Assembly: GCA_037481815.1 (NCBI GenBank)
Contig: JBBFKX010000002.1
Coordinates: forward strand, 169,663 to 233,662
Origin: a candidate division WOR-3 bacterium
GTDB lineage: Bacteria > Hydrothermota > 32-111
Direction: 5' to 3'
DNA: 64,000 bases
Made by a program: the position numbers and the translations under genes. Of the stretch, positions 1-8,376 are shown one piece after another; position 1 is the stretch's first letter, and every line of letters starts with the position of its first letter. Under the pieces are notes generated by a model that was not told the DNA's origin, ran no database searches, and worked only from the letters and a program-made list of their open reading frames with translations.

Positions 1-279
1 TTCATTGATATAGAAAGAATTACAACTTTTCGCTTCCTGTTCGATTATATCTTTTGCCTGTTTTTTTGTTCCAACAAAAAGTACCTGACCACCGTTAGCC
101 ACTATTCCTTTAACAAACTCGTTTGCTTTTTTCAACTGTTCAAGTGTTTTTAGAAGATCGATAATATAGATACCGTTTCTTGATGAAAAAATAAACGGCT
201 TCATCTTTGGGTTCCATCTTTCGGTTTTGTGTCCGAAATGAACACCACACTTCAAAAGTTCTTCAATTGTGATCTGCAT
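1..279 (-). CDS. rpsB: 30S ribosomal protein S2, N-terminal part (gene runs off the window start)
   Basis: Minus-strand translation from the ATG at about 277-279 gives [63 protein letters not shown], a canonical S2 N-terminus. A GGAGGA RBS sits about 8 nt upstream. It is absent from the ORF track because the ORF is truncated by the window edge. Confidence 0.85.
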   Translation of the reverse strand, partial: MQITIEELLKCGVHFGHKTERWNPKMKPFIFSSRNGIYIIDLLKTLEQLKKANEFVKGIVANGGQVLFVGTKKQAKDIIEQEAKSCNSFYINE

Positions 280-374
280 AGAAAATCCTCCTTCGGTTAA
301 ATCTTCCACTGATCCTATGGGAACAGATGAACTGCACCGCCCATAGGATTTGACCAGTGTGCTTTTTTGTTAAA

Positions 375-764
375 TTATCTCTTAGAGAATTGGTATCTCT
401 TTCTTGCTTTAGCAAGTCCGTATTTTCTTCTTTCTTTTTCTCTTGGATCCCTTGTCAAAAGTCCATTATCCTTAAGAACAACTTTAAAATCTGGATACTT
501 TCTTGCTATTGATCTTGCGATCCCGAGTTTTATAGCATCCTTTTGACCAGTGATTCCACCACCTGAAACTTTTGCATACACGGAAACTTTTCTTTCAAGG
601 TTACACAAGCGTAAAACGTTCAAAAGTTCCTCTCTGTGATCAAATCTTTTAACATAATCCTCAAGTTTTTTTCCATTTATCAAAAATTTTCCTTTACCTT
701 CAACCAATCTGACTCTTGCAACCGCTTCTTTTCTTCTTCCAACAAAAACATTATTTTCAGCCAA
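375..764 (-). CDS. rpsI: 30S ribosomal protein S9
   Basis: 129 aa ending ..ARKRYQFSKR, the conserved S9 C-terminus. It lies immediately downstream of rplM. Confidence 0.95.
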   Translation of the reverse strand: MAENNVFVGRRKEAVARVRLVEGKGKFLINGKKLEDYVKRFDHREELLNVLRLCNLERKVSVYAKVSGGGITGQKDAIKLGIARSIARKYPDFKVVLKDNGLLTRDPREKERRKYGLAKARKRYQFSKR

Positions 765-773
765 AGTTCCTCC

Positions 774-1202
774 TTATAATTTTATTTCCACTGGATTCTG
801 TGCTTTATGTTTATGGTTTGAATCGTTGTAAATTTTTAATCTCGTTAACATCTTCCTTCCAAGTTTATTTTTGGGAAGCATCCTTTTCACAGCAAGAGTG
901 ATAACTTTTGATGGATTCTTTTCAAGCATCTCCTTAAGAGTGCTCTCTTTTAGATTTCCAATATAACCTGAATGGGAATAATAGATTTTGTTAGAAAGTT
1001 TATTGCCGGTAACTTTTATATCCTTTGCATTTATAACTATAACACCATCACCATTATCCACATCTGGCTGATAGGTAACTTTGTTTTTACCCATAAGAAT
1101 AGTTGAAATCTTTGTTGACAGACGACCCAAGGTTTTTCCTTTTGCATCAACTATGTACCAGTTATGTTTGATCTCGTTCTCTTTTATTCTCGTCGTTTTC
1201 AT
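774..1202 (-). CDS. rplM: 50S ribosomal protein L13
   Basis: 142 aa. MKTTRIKENEIKHNWYIVDAKGKTLGRLST is a typical L13 N-terminus, and rplM-rpsI is a conserved gene pair. Confidence 0.95.
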   Translation of the reverse strand: MKTTRIKENEIKHNWYIVDAKGKTLGRLSTKISTILMGKNKVTYQPDVDNGDGVIVINAKDIKVTGNKLSNKIYYSHSGYIGNLKESTLKEMLEKNPSKVITLAVKRMLPKNKLGRKMLTRLKIYNDSNHKHKAQNPVEIKL

Positions 1203-1211
1203 TTAAACTCC

Positions 1212-2288
1212 TTACTTCCCCTGTTTTTTTAACTCTTCATATTTCTTGTATTCTTCTTTTGCTTTGTCGTTCATTTTCATTCTCGAATAGCAGTCGGCTT
1301 TTATCAGATAAAGATCGCTTATCTCAATTCCACTTTTGGAGATATATTCATCGATAATTTTTATAGCATCAGCATAATTTTGATTTTTGTAATATGCGAA
1401 TCCCAAGTTCAACATCGATTCAAAATCATCCTCTTTAACCTTCAAAGCGTTCTCAAAGTTAACAACTGCTTCTTTGTAGTTCTTTTTTTCATCAAGATAG
1501 ATTTTCCCAAGTTTGAAAGAAACATCATTTTTGTATGTCGAGAGTTTGGATTTCATGGTTGAATCTGAAGATTCATAAATTTTGTTGAAACTGTTAAAAT
1601 TCTTTATTGCCTCATCAAAATTTTTCTTTGAATATGCTATTTCTCCAAGCCAGTATATGATCTGTGGATTTTCAGCATCTATATCTTTTGCTTTATCCAG
1701 ATACTTCTTTGCTTCATCGAACTTTTCGATTCCAATATAATATTTTGCAACATTGAAAAAGAGTGAAAGATTTTTTGGGTTCTTTGAAACAGATTTTTCT
1801 ATAGTTTTTGTCATGTTCGTTTCATCACCAGTTTCAGCGTAAAGTAGTACAAGATAATCATAGTTTATAGAAGTATCTTTAACTTCCTCCGCTTTTAAAA
1901 GATATTTTTCATACTTTGATTTATTCTCTTTACTATCCTTATTTCTCAAGAAACCCGTTCCCGCATTGAAGAGTACTGGCCAGTAAAATTCAACATTCTC
2001 TTTCATCTCTTTTAAAACTTGTCCTGTAGTATCCTTTTCAAGTGCGATAATAAAATACTCTGATGCTTTATCAAACTCACTCTTTGAACCGTATGCCTTA
2101 CCCATCCAAAGATACGCCTGTGGGTTGTTCGGTTCAAGTTTTATCGCTTCGTTGAACTGAACTATCGCTTTATCAAAATCGTTCTGTTGCATATATATTA
2201 TACCTGATGACATATATTGATTGTTACATCCAACCATAAGTATAACTACCATTGCAACGATTAACAACAAATTAAAAAACCTGTACAT
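1212..2288 (-). CDS. TPR-repeat lipoprotein (predicted)
   Basis: Hydrophobic N-terminus ending VGC (a lipobox-like Cys), followed by repeated TPR-like helical units (AYLWMGKAY.., AIKNFN.., YKEAVVNFENALK..). Only a 9-nt gap to rplM, so probably the same transcription unit. Confidence 0.65.
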   Translation of the reverse strand: MYRFFNLLLIVAMVVILMVGCNNQYMSSGIIYMQQNDFDKAIVQFNEAIKLEPNNPQAYLWMGKAYGSKSEFDKASEYFIIALEKDTTGQVLKEMKENVEFYWPVLFNAGTGFLRNKDSKENKSKYEKYLLKAEEVKDTSINYDYLVLLYAETGDETNMTKTIEKSVSKNPKNLSLFFNVAKYYIGIEKFDEAKKYLDKAKDIDAENPQIIYWLGEIAYSKKNFDEAIKNFNSFNKIYESSDSTMKSKLSTYKNDVSFKLGKIYLDEKKNYKEAVVNFENALKVKEDDFESMLNLGFAYYKNQNYADAIKIIDEYISKSGIEISDLYLIKADCYSRMKMNDKAKEEYKKYEELKKQGK

Positions 2289-2327
2289 TTAAAACCTCCT
2301 GAAAAAAGAGCAGAATTTTAGTTTTTC

Positions 2328-2355
2328 ATTTTATCAAAAAAAAGTTTTTTGTCAA
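2328..2355 (-). promoter_or_regulatory. Sigma-70-like promoter: TTGACA, 16-nt spacer, TAAAAT, read on the minus strand
   Basis: Reverse complement of 2328..2355 reads TTGACAaaaaacttttttttgaTAAAAT. It sits in the 108-nt gap upstream of the TPR-lipoprotein/rplM/rpsI/rpsB run. Confidence 0.4.
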
Positions 2356-2396
2356 TAGTAAGAAGAAAGAGGTATACAATAATATCTTTTTAATAA

Positions 2397-2867
2397 TTAC
2401 CGAAACAGGTTATCAATTATGTTGTCAACTTGATTTTTGAAATCTCTGTCAAAAGTTATTTTTTCATCCTCCTCTTCCTTCATAAGTTTAACTATATTCT
2501 CACTTAATTTTTTCATCATCGTTTGAACAACTCCTATTATGGTATCTTTTGAAAAAAGAGAAACTATAATTATCTCATCGTTTACTGCAAGATAAAAAAA
2601 GGAAAATTTTTTTCCTTCCTGAAAGAGTGTAAAAAAATAATCCTCTTTAACAAGTTTTGCGATACTTTTTGTTGCATTGAAAATTCCAGCACATAAGGCA
2701 CCTAACGATTGAGTGTAATAGTTATCCTTTTTCATACCCATCTGAAAAAGCACCTGACCTGCACTATTTATAATAAGAACATTCAGGACCTTTGTATCCT
2801 GAATGAATGTCTTCAAAAACCGTTCAACATCTTTGACGGTTGGCTCATCAAGAACAAGTTTTTTCAT
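2397..2867 (-). CDS. Roadblock/LC7-like (MglB-like) domain protein, divergent, 156 aa
   Basis: Residues 28-52, VLNVLIINSAGQVLFQMGMKKDNYY, then ..SLGALCAGIFNA.., resemble the Roadblock fold pattern. No P-loop. Last gene of the che/Roadblock operon. Confidence 0.45.
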   Translation of the reverse strand: MKKLVLDEPTVKDVERFLKTFIQDTKVLNVLIINSAGQVLFQMGMKKDNYYTQSLGALCAGIFNATKSIAKLVKEDYFFTLFQEGKKFSFFYLAVNDEIIIVSLFSKDTIIGVVQTMMKKLSENIVKLMKEEEDEKITFDRDFKNQVDNIIDNLFR

Positions 2868-2873
2868 AAAATT

Positions 2874-3218
2874 TTATATATTCCCCTGAAGTTGTGCTGC
2901 GATATTTTTTATTTGTATTATCAAAGCCCCAATGTTCACATTCTTTTCAGCAAGAGCAAACAGTATAAACTTTTCTTTTGAAATGAAAAGTACTTCACCT
3001 TTTTCAGTGTATATCGTTGAAAATATTGGAAGGGAGTCGGTACTCTTTCCCAAACTTTTTTCCATCTCACTGTTTATCTTTGCAACCATCGCTCCAAGCA
3101 GTTCCGCCATTTCACTTTCATAGAAAATTTTATCAACGATGAGTCCATCTTTTGTAAGAACAGCAACACCTTTAACTCCAGTTATCTCCATTATCTTCTC
3201 AATTTTCTCTTTTATCAT
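2874..3218 (-). CDS. Roadblock/LC7 domain protein (MglB-like)
   Basis: 114 aa. ITGVKGVAVLTKDGLIVDK...ELLGAMVAKINSEMEKSLG matches the Roadblock/LC7 consensus (xGVxGaxlvdxDGlxx ... laAxxaxl). Its start overlaps the upstream gene by 4 nt. Confidence 0.75.
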   Translation of the reverse strand: MIKEKIEKIMEITGVKGVAVLTKDGLIVDKIFYESEMAELLGAMVAKINSEMEKSLGKSTDSLPIFSTIYTEKGEVLFISKEKFILFALAEKNVNIGALIIQIKNIAAQLQGNI

Positions 3219-3931
3219 TGTTCAAGCACCTGTTTTATATTTTTTAACAACTGTTTCGCTTTTATAAGTATAAGACCTATCTTTACAACCTCTTCAGTGA
3301 AAATCCCCAGTATATATCCATTACCTTTAAAAAGATATATTCTGACTTTTCCAATTTCGATAAAGATCCTGTCTATCAGACCAAGATCGGTTTTACTTAT
3401 AGAATCCTCTGAAACAGAAAAAATCGTCGAAAAAAGTGCAGAGGTGATTTCAGGGTCAAGGTTTTCCAGTATCTTTGCTCTTATAACAAGGCCTGATTCT
3501 TCAATTATGATACTCCCCAAAACTCCATTTATAGAGTTTATCTCTTCAAGCGATCTGTCAAGTAAACTTTCCGCCTCATTTGCGGTTATAACATTGTCCT
3601 TTTCTATCTTTTGCAAATCTTCTTTTTTTATCTCAGAGTTTTTTGAAATCCCACCCTCTTCGACTCTCACAGGTTGTATTAAAGATCTTACCGAAGGATC
3701 ATCGGGAAATTCATTCAAAAGTTGATTCAAAACTTCTGTGGCAGATGGATCGTTCAATTCCTTTAAAGATCTATAAAGCAGAATTTTTGCATCCTTTATA
3801 TCGGGAAATTCTGAAAGAATAAGTTTACAGTAGTTTATAGTTTCGTTGAACGCTTTGTTCTTATAAAGATCCTCAGCGATCATTATAAGTAGTGAAATAC
3901 TATCCCGATCAACTTTCATTCCTTCATTCAA
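3215..3931 (-). CDS. TPR N-terminal region fused to a C-terminal Roadblock/LC7-like domain
   Basis: The N-terminal ~110 aa is TPR-like helical. The C-terminal ~110 aa (INGVLGSIIIEESGLVIRAKI...SALFSTIFSVSED..) is Roadblock-like. Overlaps the upstream gene by 8 nt. Confidence 0.55.
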   Translation of the reverse strand: MNEGMKVDRDSISLLIMIAEDLYKNKAFNETINYCKLILSEFPDIKDAKILLYRSLKELNDPSATEVLNQLLNEFPDDPSVRSLIQPVRVEEGGISKNSEIKKEDLQKIEKDNVITANEAESLLDRSLEEINSINGVLGSIIIEESGLVIRAKILENLDPEITSALFSTIFSVSEDSISKTDLGLIDRIFIEIGKVRIYLFKGNGYILGIFTEEVVKIGLILIKAKQLLKNIKQVLEQ

Positions 3932-5039
3932 ATTTACCTCCTAAAAGTTCATCAAAGATTTTTTGACACTCTTTAAGAGATTCTACAAGTTTTTCAACCT
4001 TACTCATCTGATCCGGTGTTTGGAGATTATCATAAAGAGAAATCAGTTCATCTATACTCTTCTTTACATCTCCCCTTTTAAAGTAAGCAAAAGAATTATA
4101 CTTTTTTATAAAAGGATCATCGATTCCCTCGTTTTTTGCTATCAGAGTGAACTCGTTTATTTTATCAAACTGATTAGTTGCAAAGAATGAATAAATAAGC
4201 ATTCTGTAAGCATCGAGATTTTTTGGATCCTTTTTAACATAATTTTTCAACTCGTTTATAGCTTTATCGAACAATCCATCATTGAAATAATGTTTTGCAA
4301 CATCAAAACTACTTTCCACATCACCTTTTTGAGCGCCTTCGATAATAACTATACCAAGAGTTATCATTCCATATATCAATTTTGCTATTTCAAACTCATC
4401 ACCATATTTTTCGGCGATATCTTTAATCGTGTTTTTACCATTTATCATCGAAAAAATTTCCCACTCTTTTGGTTTAAGATCCAAAAGGTCCATTTTGTCT
4501 GGATTGTCAGAGATTTTTGGAATCACCGATGAGTTTGGAATCTTTGCGGATAACCTTGACCATTCATCTATTCTTCTTGAGCCCTCCATTATCAAAGATT
4601 CGGTTTTGATTTTGAATTTGAACAGGTTGTCGAGAATGAAATTACCTTCCTCAAATTTGAAATATCCTTCTCTCCATTCAAAAAGTTTGTATATGGTATC
4701 TTCGATTCTGAGTTGTAAAAATTTTCTGAACTCGTTTTCAGTCATAATGTTCATCTTTATTATCTCTTTTGCGATTTCAACATCATCGTTTTGAATTTTG
4801 TTCATTATCCTCTGTTCATAAAATTCTTTGGTTATTTTCCCAGCTTTTATCAAAAGCAAAGGCAAAGTTATCCCTTCCATACTAACATACACAACATTCC
4901 CATTTTCAAAATAAACGTTCGCTTTTTCTTCTTTATTTGAATCTATTTTTAATATTCCACTCTTCTGATTGAAAGATAGTATCTGAAACAGATCTATGAG
5001 ATTCAGTTCACTGATTGGTCCTTCAATAGCCACATCCAC
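3924..5039 (-). CDS. DUF4388 (PATAN-like) domain protein with C-terminal TPR repeats
   Basis: N-terminus GPISELNLIDLFQILSFNQKSGILKID...VYFENGNVVYVSMEG matches the DUF4388 signature (LxDlLQxl...ktGxLxv...gxiyFxxGxivhA). The C-terminal ~120 aa are TPR-like. No nucleotide-binding motif. Confidence 0.6.
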   Translation of the reverse strand: MDVAIEGPISELNLIDLFQILSFNQKSGILKIDSNKEEKANVYFENGNVVYVSMEGITLPLLLIKAGKITKEFYEQRIMNKIQNDDVEIAKEIIKMNIMTENEFRKFLQLRIEDTIYKLFEWREGYFKFEEGNFILDNLFKFKIKTESLIMEGSRRIDEWSRLSAKIPNSSVIPKISDNPDKMDLLDLKPKEWEIFSMINGKNTIKDIAEKYGDEFEIAKLIYGMITLGIVIIEGAQKGDVESSFDVAKHYFNDGLFDKAINELKNYVKKDPKNLDAYRMLIYSFFATNQFDKINEFTLIAKNEGIDDPFIKKYNSFAYFKRGDVKKSIDELISLYDNLQTPDQMSKVEKLVESLKECQKIFDELLGGKFE

Positions 5040-5041
5040 TC

Positions 5042-7750
5042 CTATTCAAAAATTGATATCCAGTTTCTTGCTGCTTCTATCGCTTTTGCGCTCTTCTGTG
5101 CAAATTCTGATTCAGGTGAATTCTTTACAACAAAATTCCACCTTTCCATAGCTTCCTTAATATATCCTTCCTTTGCTATTATCTTTGCAAAATTGAAATT
5201 CGCTTCAGGATTTGCGGGATCTATTTTTAGAGCGTTTTGATAAGCATCCTTTGCAACATCAAAATTTTCGATCTCCTGACAGACCGAACCTATTCTTAAA
5301 AATGCTCTGAGGTTGTTTGGATCAATCTGAACAATTCTTGTATAGATCTGAATAGATTTTTCAAAATCCTCGACTAATTCATAGATCGTTGCAAGTTCCC
5401 ACAAATAACCAAGATTCTCTACATCTTTACTTATCAACGATTCAAGAATTTTGATCGATTCATCGTACATTTTCATACTTCTTAAAACTATCGCTTTTTT
5501 GTAAAGGATATCTAGATTCTCTGGATCCTTATTCAGGATTCTTTCGTATATTTCGAGTGCATCCCTATCTCTTCTCTGACTGACATATATTTCAGAGAGA
5601 TTCGTTAGAGTTTCAATATTTTCAGGATCCTTTAAAAGTATCTCACCGATAATTTTTATCGCCTCTTCAAGGTTTCCATTTTTCCAGAGTAACATCGAAT
5701 ATAGATTCAAAACATCTATTTTATTTCTATCCTTTTCAATTATCTTTGAAAGATATTCTATCGGTTCTGAATAGATCCCTTTGTTATAGAGTAGTTTGGA
5801 GAGTTTTAAAACCACTTTTTCGTTAAGAGGAGAGAGCGAAACTATTTTTCGATAATACTCTTCTGCTTCTCCATAGATCTGTTTTATATTGTAAACATCA
5901 GCGATTATTTCAAACATTTCCACATCGCACTCATCTTTTCTTACAACTTCAAAAGCACTCTGTGAAGCAAGATCATATTCACCCTTTTCAAAATATTCTT
6001 TTGCTTTTTTTCTCTTCTCCTCAAGTTGATCGACTTCCTTTAATTTAAGATCCTCTTTTTCAAAAGTATCCTCTGTTTCCTCTTCAAAAACACCTGTAAA
6101 AATATCTGAACTCTTCTCTTCTCCGATTGTGAAACCTTCTAGTTGTTCTGATGATGTAACCTGAACATCCTTTGACAGACTACCACTTATCAAAACATCC
6201 ACTTTATCTGCGTAATAGTCAAGTCCAAGTTTATATCTTGTCTCAACATAATAGGGATTAAGTTTTAATGCTTCTTTCGTATATTTGAGTGCATCCTCAT
6301 ACCTTCCAACTTTTGTTAAGGTGAAAGCAAGGTTGTAGTATGCCTCAGCGAAATTTTCATCATACTGGATCGCTTTTTCAAAAACTTTTATCGCATCCTC
6401 AAATTTTCCTTCCTCTCTATAGATTATTCCAAGATAATTGTATGTTAAAGGATAATCACCTTTTATCTCAAGAACTTTATCGATATATTTTTTCGCCTCT
6501 ATAAAATTTTTATTTTCGATAAAGATTATCGATAGATTCAAAAGAGCATCAACATAATCATCCCTTATCTGTAAAGATTTGTTAAACATTTTTAATGCTT
6601 CATCCGTCTTATTTTTATGAAGCATTGCGATTCCAAGGTTATTGTATGCCATCACATATGATGGATCCATCTTTATAGATTTATTATAACAATCTATCGC
6701 ATTTTCAAGTTCACCTTTTCTGTGAAAAGCGATACCCATATCGTTGTACGCTTTTGCTGCAAACGATTCATCTTTAAGTGCAAGTTTGTATTCCTCTATC
6801 GCTTTATCGTTTTCTCCAAGAAGAAGATAGATCTCACCGATCTGAATGTGAATCAGCGCTCGATCCGGCTCAACAGATTCAGCCTTCTTAAACTCTTTTA
6901 GCGCTTCATTGAAAAGCCCTTTGTTCCGAAAACCAATTCCAAGTGTAAAGTATGTTAAAAAACTGTTCGGTTGAATCGAAACATTCGATTCTTCCTGAAC
7001 AAAACTCTGATACATCCCCTGCTGATAAAAATCTATTCCAAGGTTTGCCTGTGTTTTTCCGTAAGCGGGATTCAACTTAATCGCTTTTTTTGTTTCCTTA
7101 ATCGCGTCATCAAAAAGCCCTTTCTCTCCATAAACAAAGCCCAAAAGAAAATGTGCTTCAGCAAGGTTGGGATCGAGTTCAAGAGCTTTTTGGAATTCTT
7201 TTATAGCAGAATCAAGTATTCCCTTGTTATAGTAAACCTCACCAAGCATCGAGTGTATTTGAGCTGAATCGGGCTGTGTTTTTAAAGCTTTTCGATACTC
7301 TTCGATCGAATCATCATACATACCTAAAGATTTATATATCTTCGCAAGGTTCAACCTCGCATCAACAAATGATGGGTTACTCTTTAAAATCTTCTTATAC
7401 TCAGCGATAGCATCAAGCGATTTTCCCATGTTGTTCAAAGCTTCTGCAAGTTTAAACCTTGTGTTCAAATCTTCGGGATTCTTTTCAAGAACTTCTCTGT
7501 ACTCTTTTATCTTTTCATCATACATCCCTGTTTCTTTGTAGATGAGTTCGAGATTCTTTTTCGCCAGGGTAAATTTCGGATCTATCGCAAGTGCTTTTTC
7601 AAGTTCTTCAATCGCTTCATCATAAAGACCTTTGTTGTAATACACAACAGCAAGATTGTTGTGTGCACCAGCATCCTTTGGATCTATCCTCTGGGCGAAC
7701 GACTTTAAAACTCTCTTTTCTGCTTCAGATATTTGAACCTGTTTTTTCAT
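5042..7750 (-). CDS. Large TPR-repeat protein, 902 aa, two TPR arrays separated by an acidic linker
   Basis: Dozens of 34-aa TPR units (..AHNNLAVVYYNKGLYDEAIEELEKALAIDPK.. and others). An acidic low-complexity linker (..EEETEDTFEKEDLKLKEVDQLEEKRKK..) splits the two arrays. Only 5 nt separate it from cheC upstream. Confidence 0.8.
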   Translation of the reverse strand: MKKQVQISEAEKRVLKSFAQRIDPKDAGAHNNLAVVYYNKGLYDEAIEELEKALAIDPKFTLAKKNLELIYKETGMYDEKIKEYREVLEKNPEDLNTRFKLAEALNNMGKSLDAIAEYKKILKSNPSFVDARLNLAKIYKSLGMYDDSIEEYRKALKTQPDSAQIHSMLGEVYYNKGILDSAIKEFQKALELDPNLAEAHFLLGFVYGEKGLFDDAIKETKKAIKLNPAYGKTQANLGIDFYQQGMYQSFVQEESNVSIQPNSFLTYFTLGIGFRNKGLFNEALKEFKKAESVEPDRALIHIQIGEIYLLLGENDKAIEEYKLALKDESFAAKAYNDMGIAFHRKGELENAIDCYNKSIKMDPSYVMAYNNLGIAMLHKNKTDEALKMFNKSLQIRDDYVDALLNLSIIFIENKNFIEAKKYIDKVLEIKGDYPLTYNYLGIIYREEGKFEDAIKVFEKAIQYDENFAEAYYNLAFTLTKVGRYEDALKYTKEALKLNPYYVETRYKLGLDYYADKVDVLISGSLSKDVQVTSSEQLEGFTIGEEKSSDIFTGVFEEETEDTFEKEDLKLKEVDQLEEKRKKAKEYFEKGEYDLASQSAFEVVRKDECDVEMFEIIADVYNIKQIYGEAEEYYRKIVSLSPLNEKVVLKLSKLLYNKGIYSEPIEYLSKIIEKDRNKIDVLNLYSMLLWKNGNLEEAIKIIGEILLKDPENIETLTNLSEIYVSQRRDRDALEIYERILNKDPENLDILYKKAIVLRSMKMYDESIKILESLISKDVENLGYLWELATIYELVEDFEKSIQIYTRIVQIDPNNLRAFLRIGSVCQEIENFDVAKDAYQNALKIDPANPEANFNFAKIIAKEGYIKEAMERWNFVVKNSPESEFAQKSAKAIEAARNWISIFE

Positions 7751-7755
7751 TCAAC

Positions 7756-8373
7756 CTACCTGTTTAAAAAATCGAGAAGTTTCTTTAAAGATATTGGATC
7801 AGGCAAAAGTATTAGATACCCTTTTAACGGATGTGGATCATCCTCAAAAGTGAACTCTGTTTCAACACAGAAAACAACATCCTTGTTCGCACTGAAATCG
7901 ATGTATGCTGAAGTTACTACAGCTGATCCTATATCAATCACAAGATTTGGAACCGATGGTAAAATCAACATGTTCAAAAAATCACTCATCGCTGTAAGAT
8001 ATGAACTTATAACTATGTTTGCAACTTCTTTGATCGCTGATTGTTCTATCTCACTTAAAATCGTTGTCGTTCCAACAGGTTTTCCCATAACCATATCGAC
8101 AAGAAGCATCGATTCATCTCTTGGAAATATCAAAAGTGTTCTACCTGTTAAATCTCCAAGAAATTTCACAAGAACACCTGTTACGATCTCGTCCTGGTTA
8201 TTGATTATCCTGTATATCTCTTCTGAAGATATTATGTGAACTTTTGGAACCGAGACCATTACTCTTTTGTTCACAAGTTGTGAAAGAACGGTCGCAGCAT
8301 GTCCTCCACCAATGTTGGAGATCTCTTTGATTCCATCCAGATGAAAATCTTTTAAGTTGTTAAAATCTATCAT
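7756..8373 (-). CDS. cheC: CheC-family CheY-P phosphatase
   Basis: 205 aa with two CheC-type motifs: DGIKEISNIGGGHAATVLSQL and SEIEQSAIKEVANIV. 3 nt downstream of cheA. Confidence 0.8.
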   Translation of the reverse strand: MIDFNNLKDFHLDGIKEISNIGGGHAATVLSQLVNKRVMVSVPKVHIISSEEIYRIINNQDEIVTGVLVKFLGDLTGRTLLIFPRDESMLLVDMVMGKPVGTTTILSEIEQSAIKEVANIVISSYLTAMSDFLNMLILPSVPNLVIDIGSAVVTSAYIDFSANKDVVFCVETEFTFEDDPHPLKGYLILLPDPISLKKLLDFLNR

Positions 8374-8376
8374 AAA

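Noticed and set aside
716-901. Plus-strand 60-170-aa ORFs lying inside or antisense to minus-strand genes, for example 716..901, 1380..1562, 2709..2981, 3297..3725, 7733..8239, 14950..15432, 16529..17142, 36819..37052, 45522..45821 and 46043..46695.
   Set aside because: Each is fully nested antisense within a well-supported minus-strand CDS. The translations are low-complexity and rich in F/L/S/I, typical of the antisense strand of AT-rich genes. None has an RBS or a recognisable domain.
2397-7750. Looked for an MglA-like small GTPase (GxxxxGKS/T P-loop, DxxG) among the Roadblock/DUF4388/TPR genes.
   Set aside because: None of the five proteins has a P-loop or switch motifs, so no GTPase is encoded in this operon. 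It may be elsewhere in the genome.
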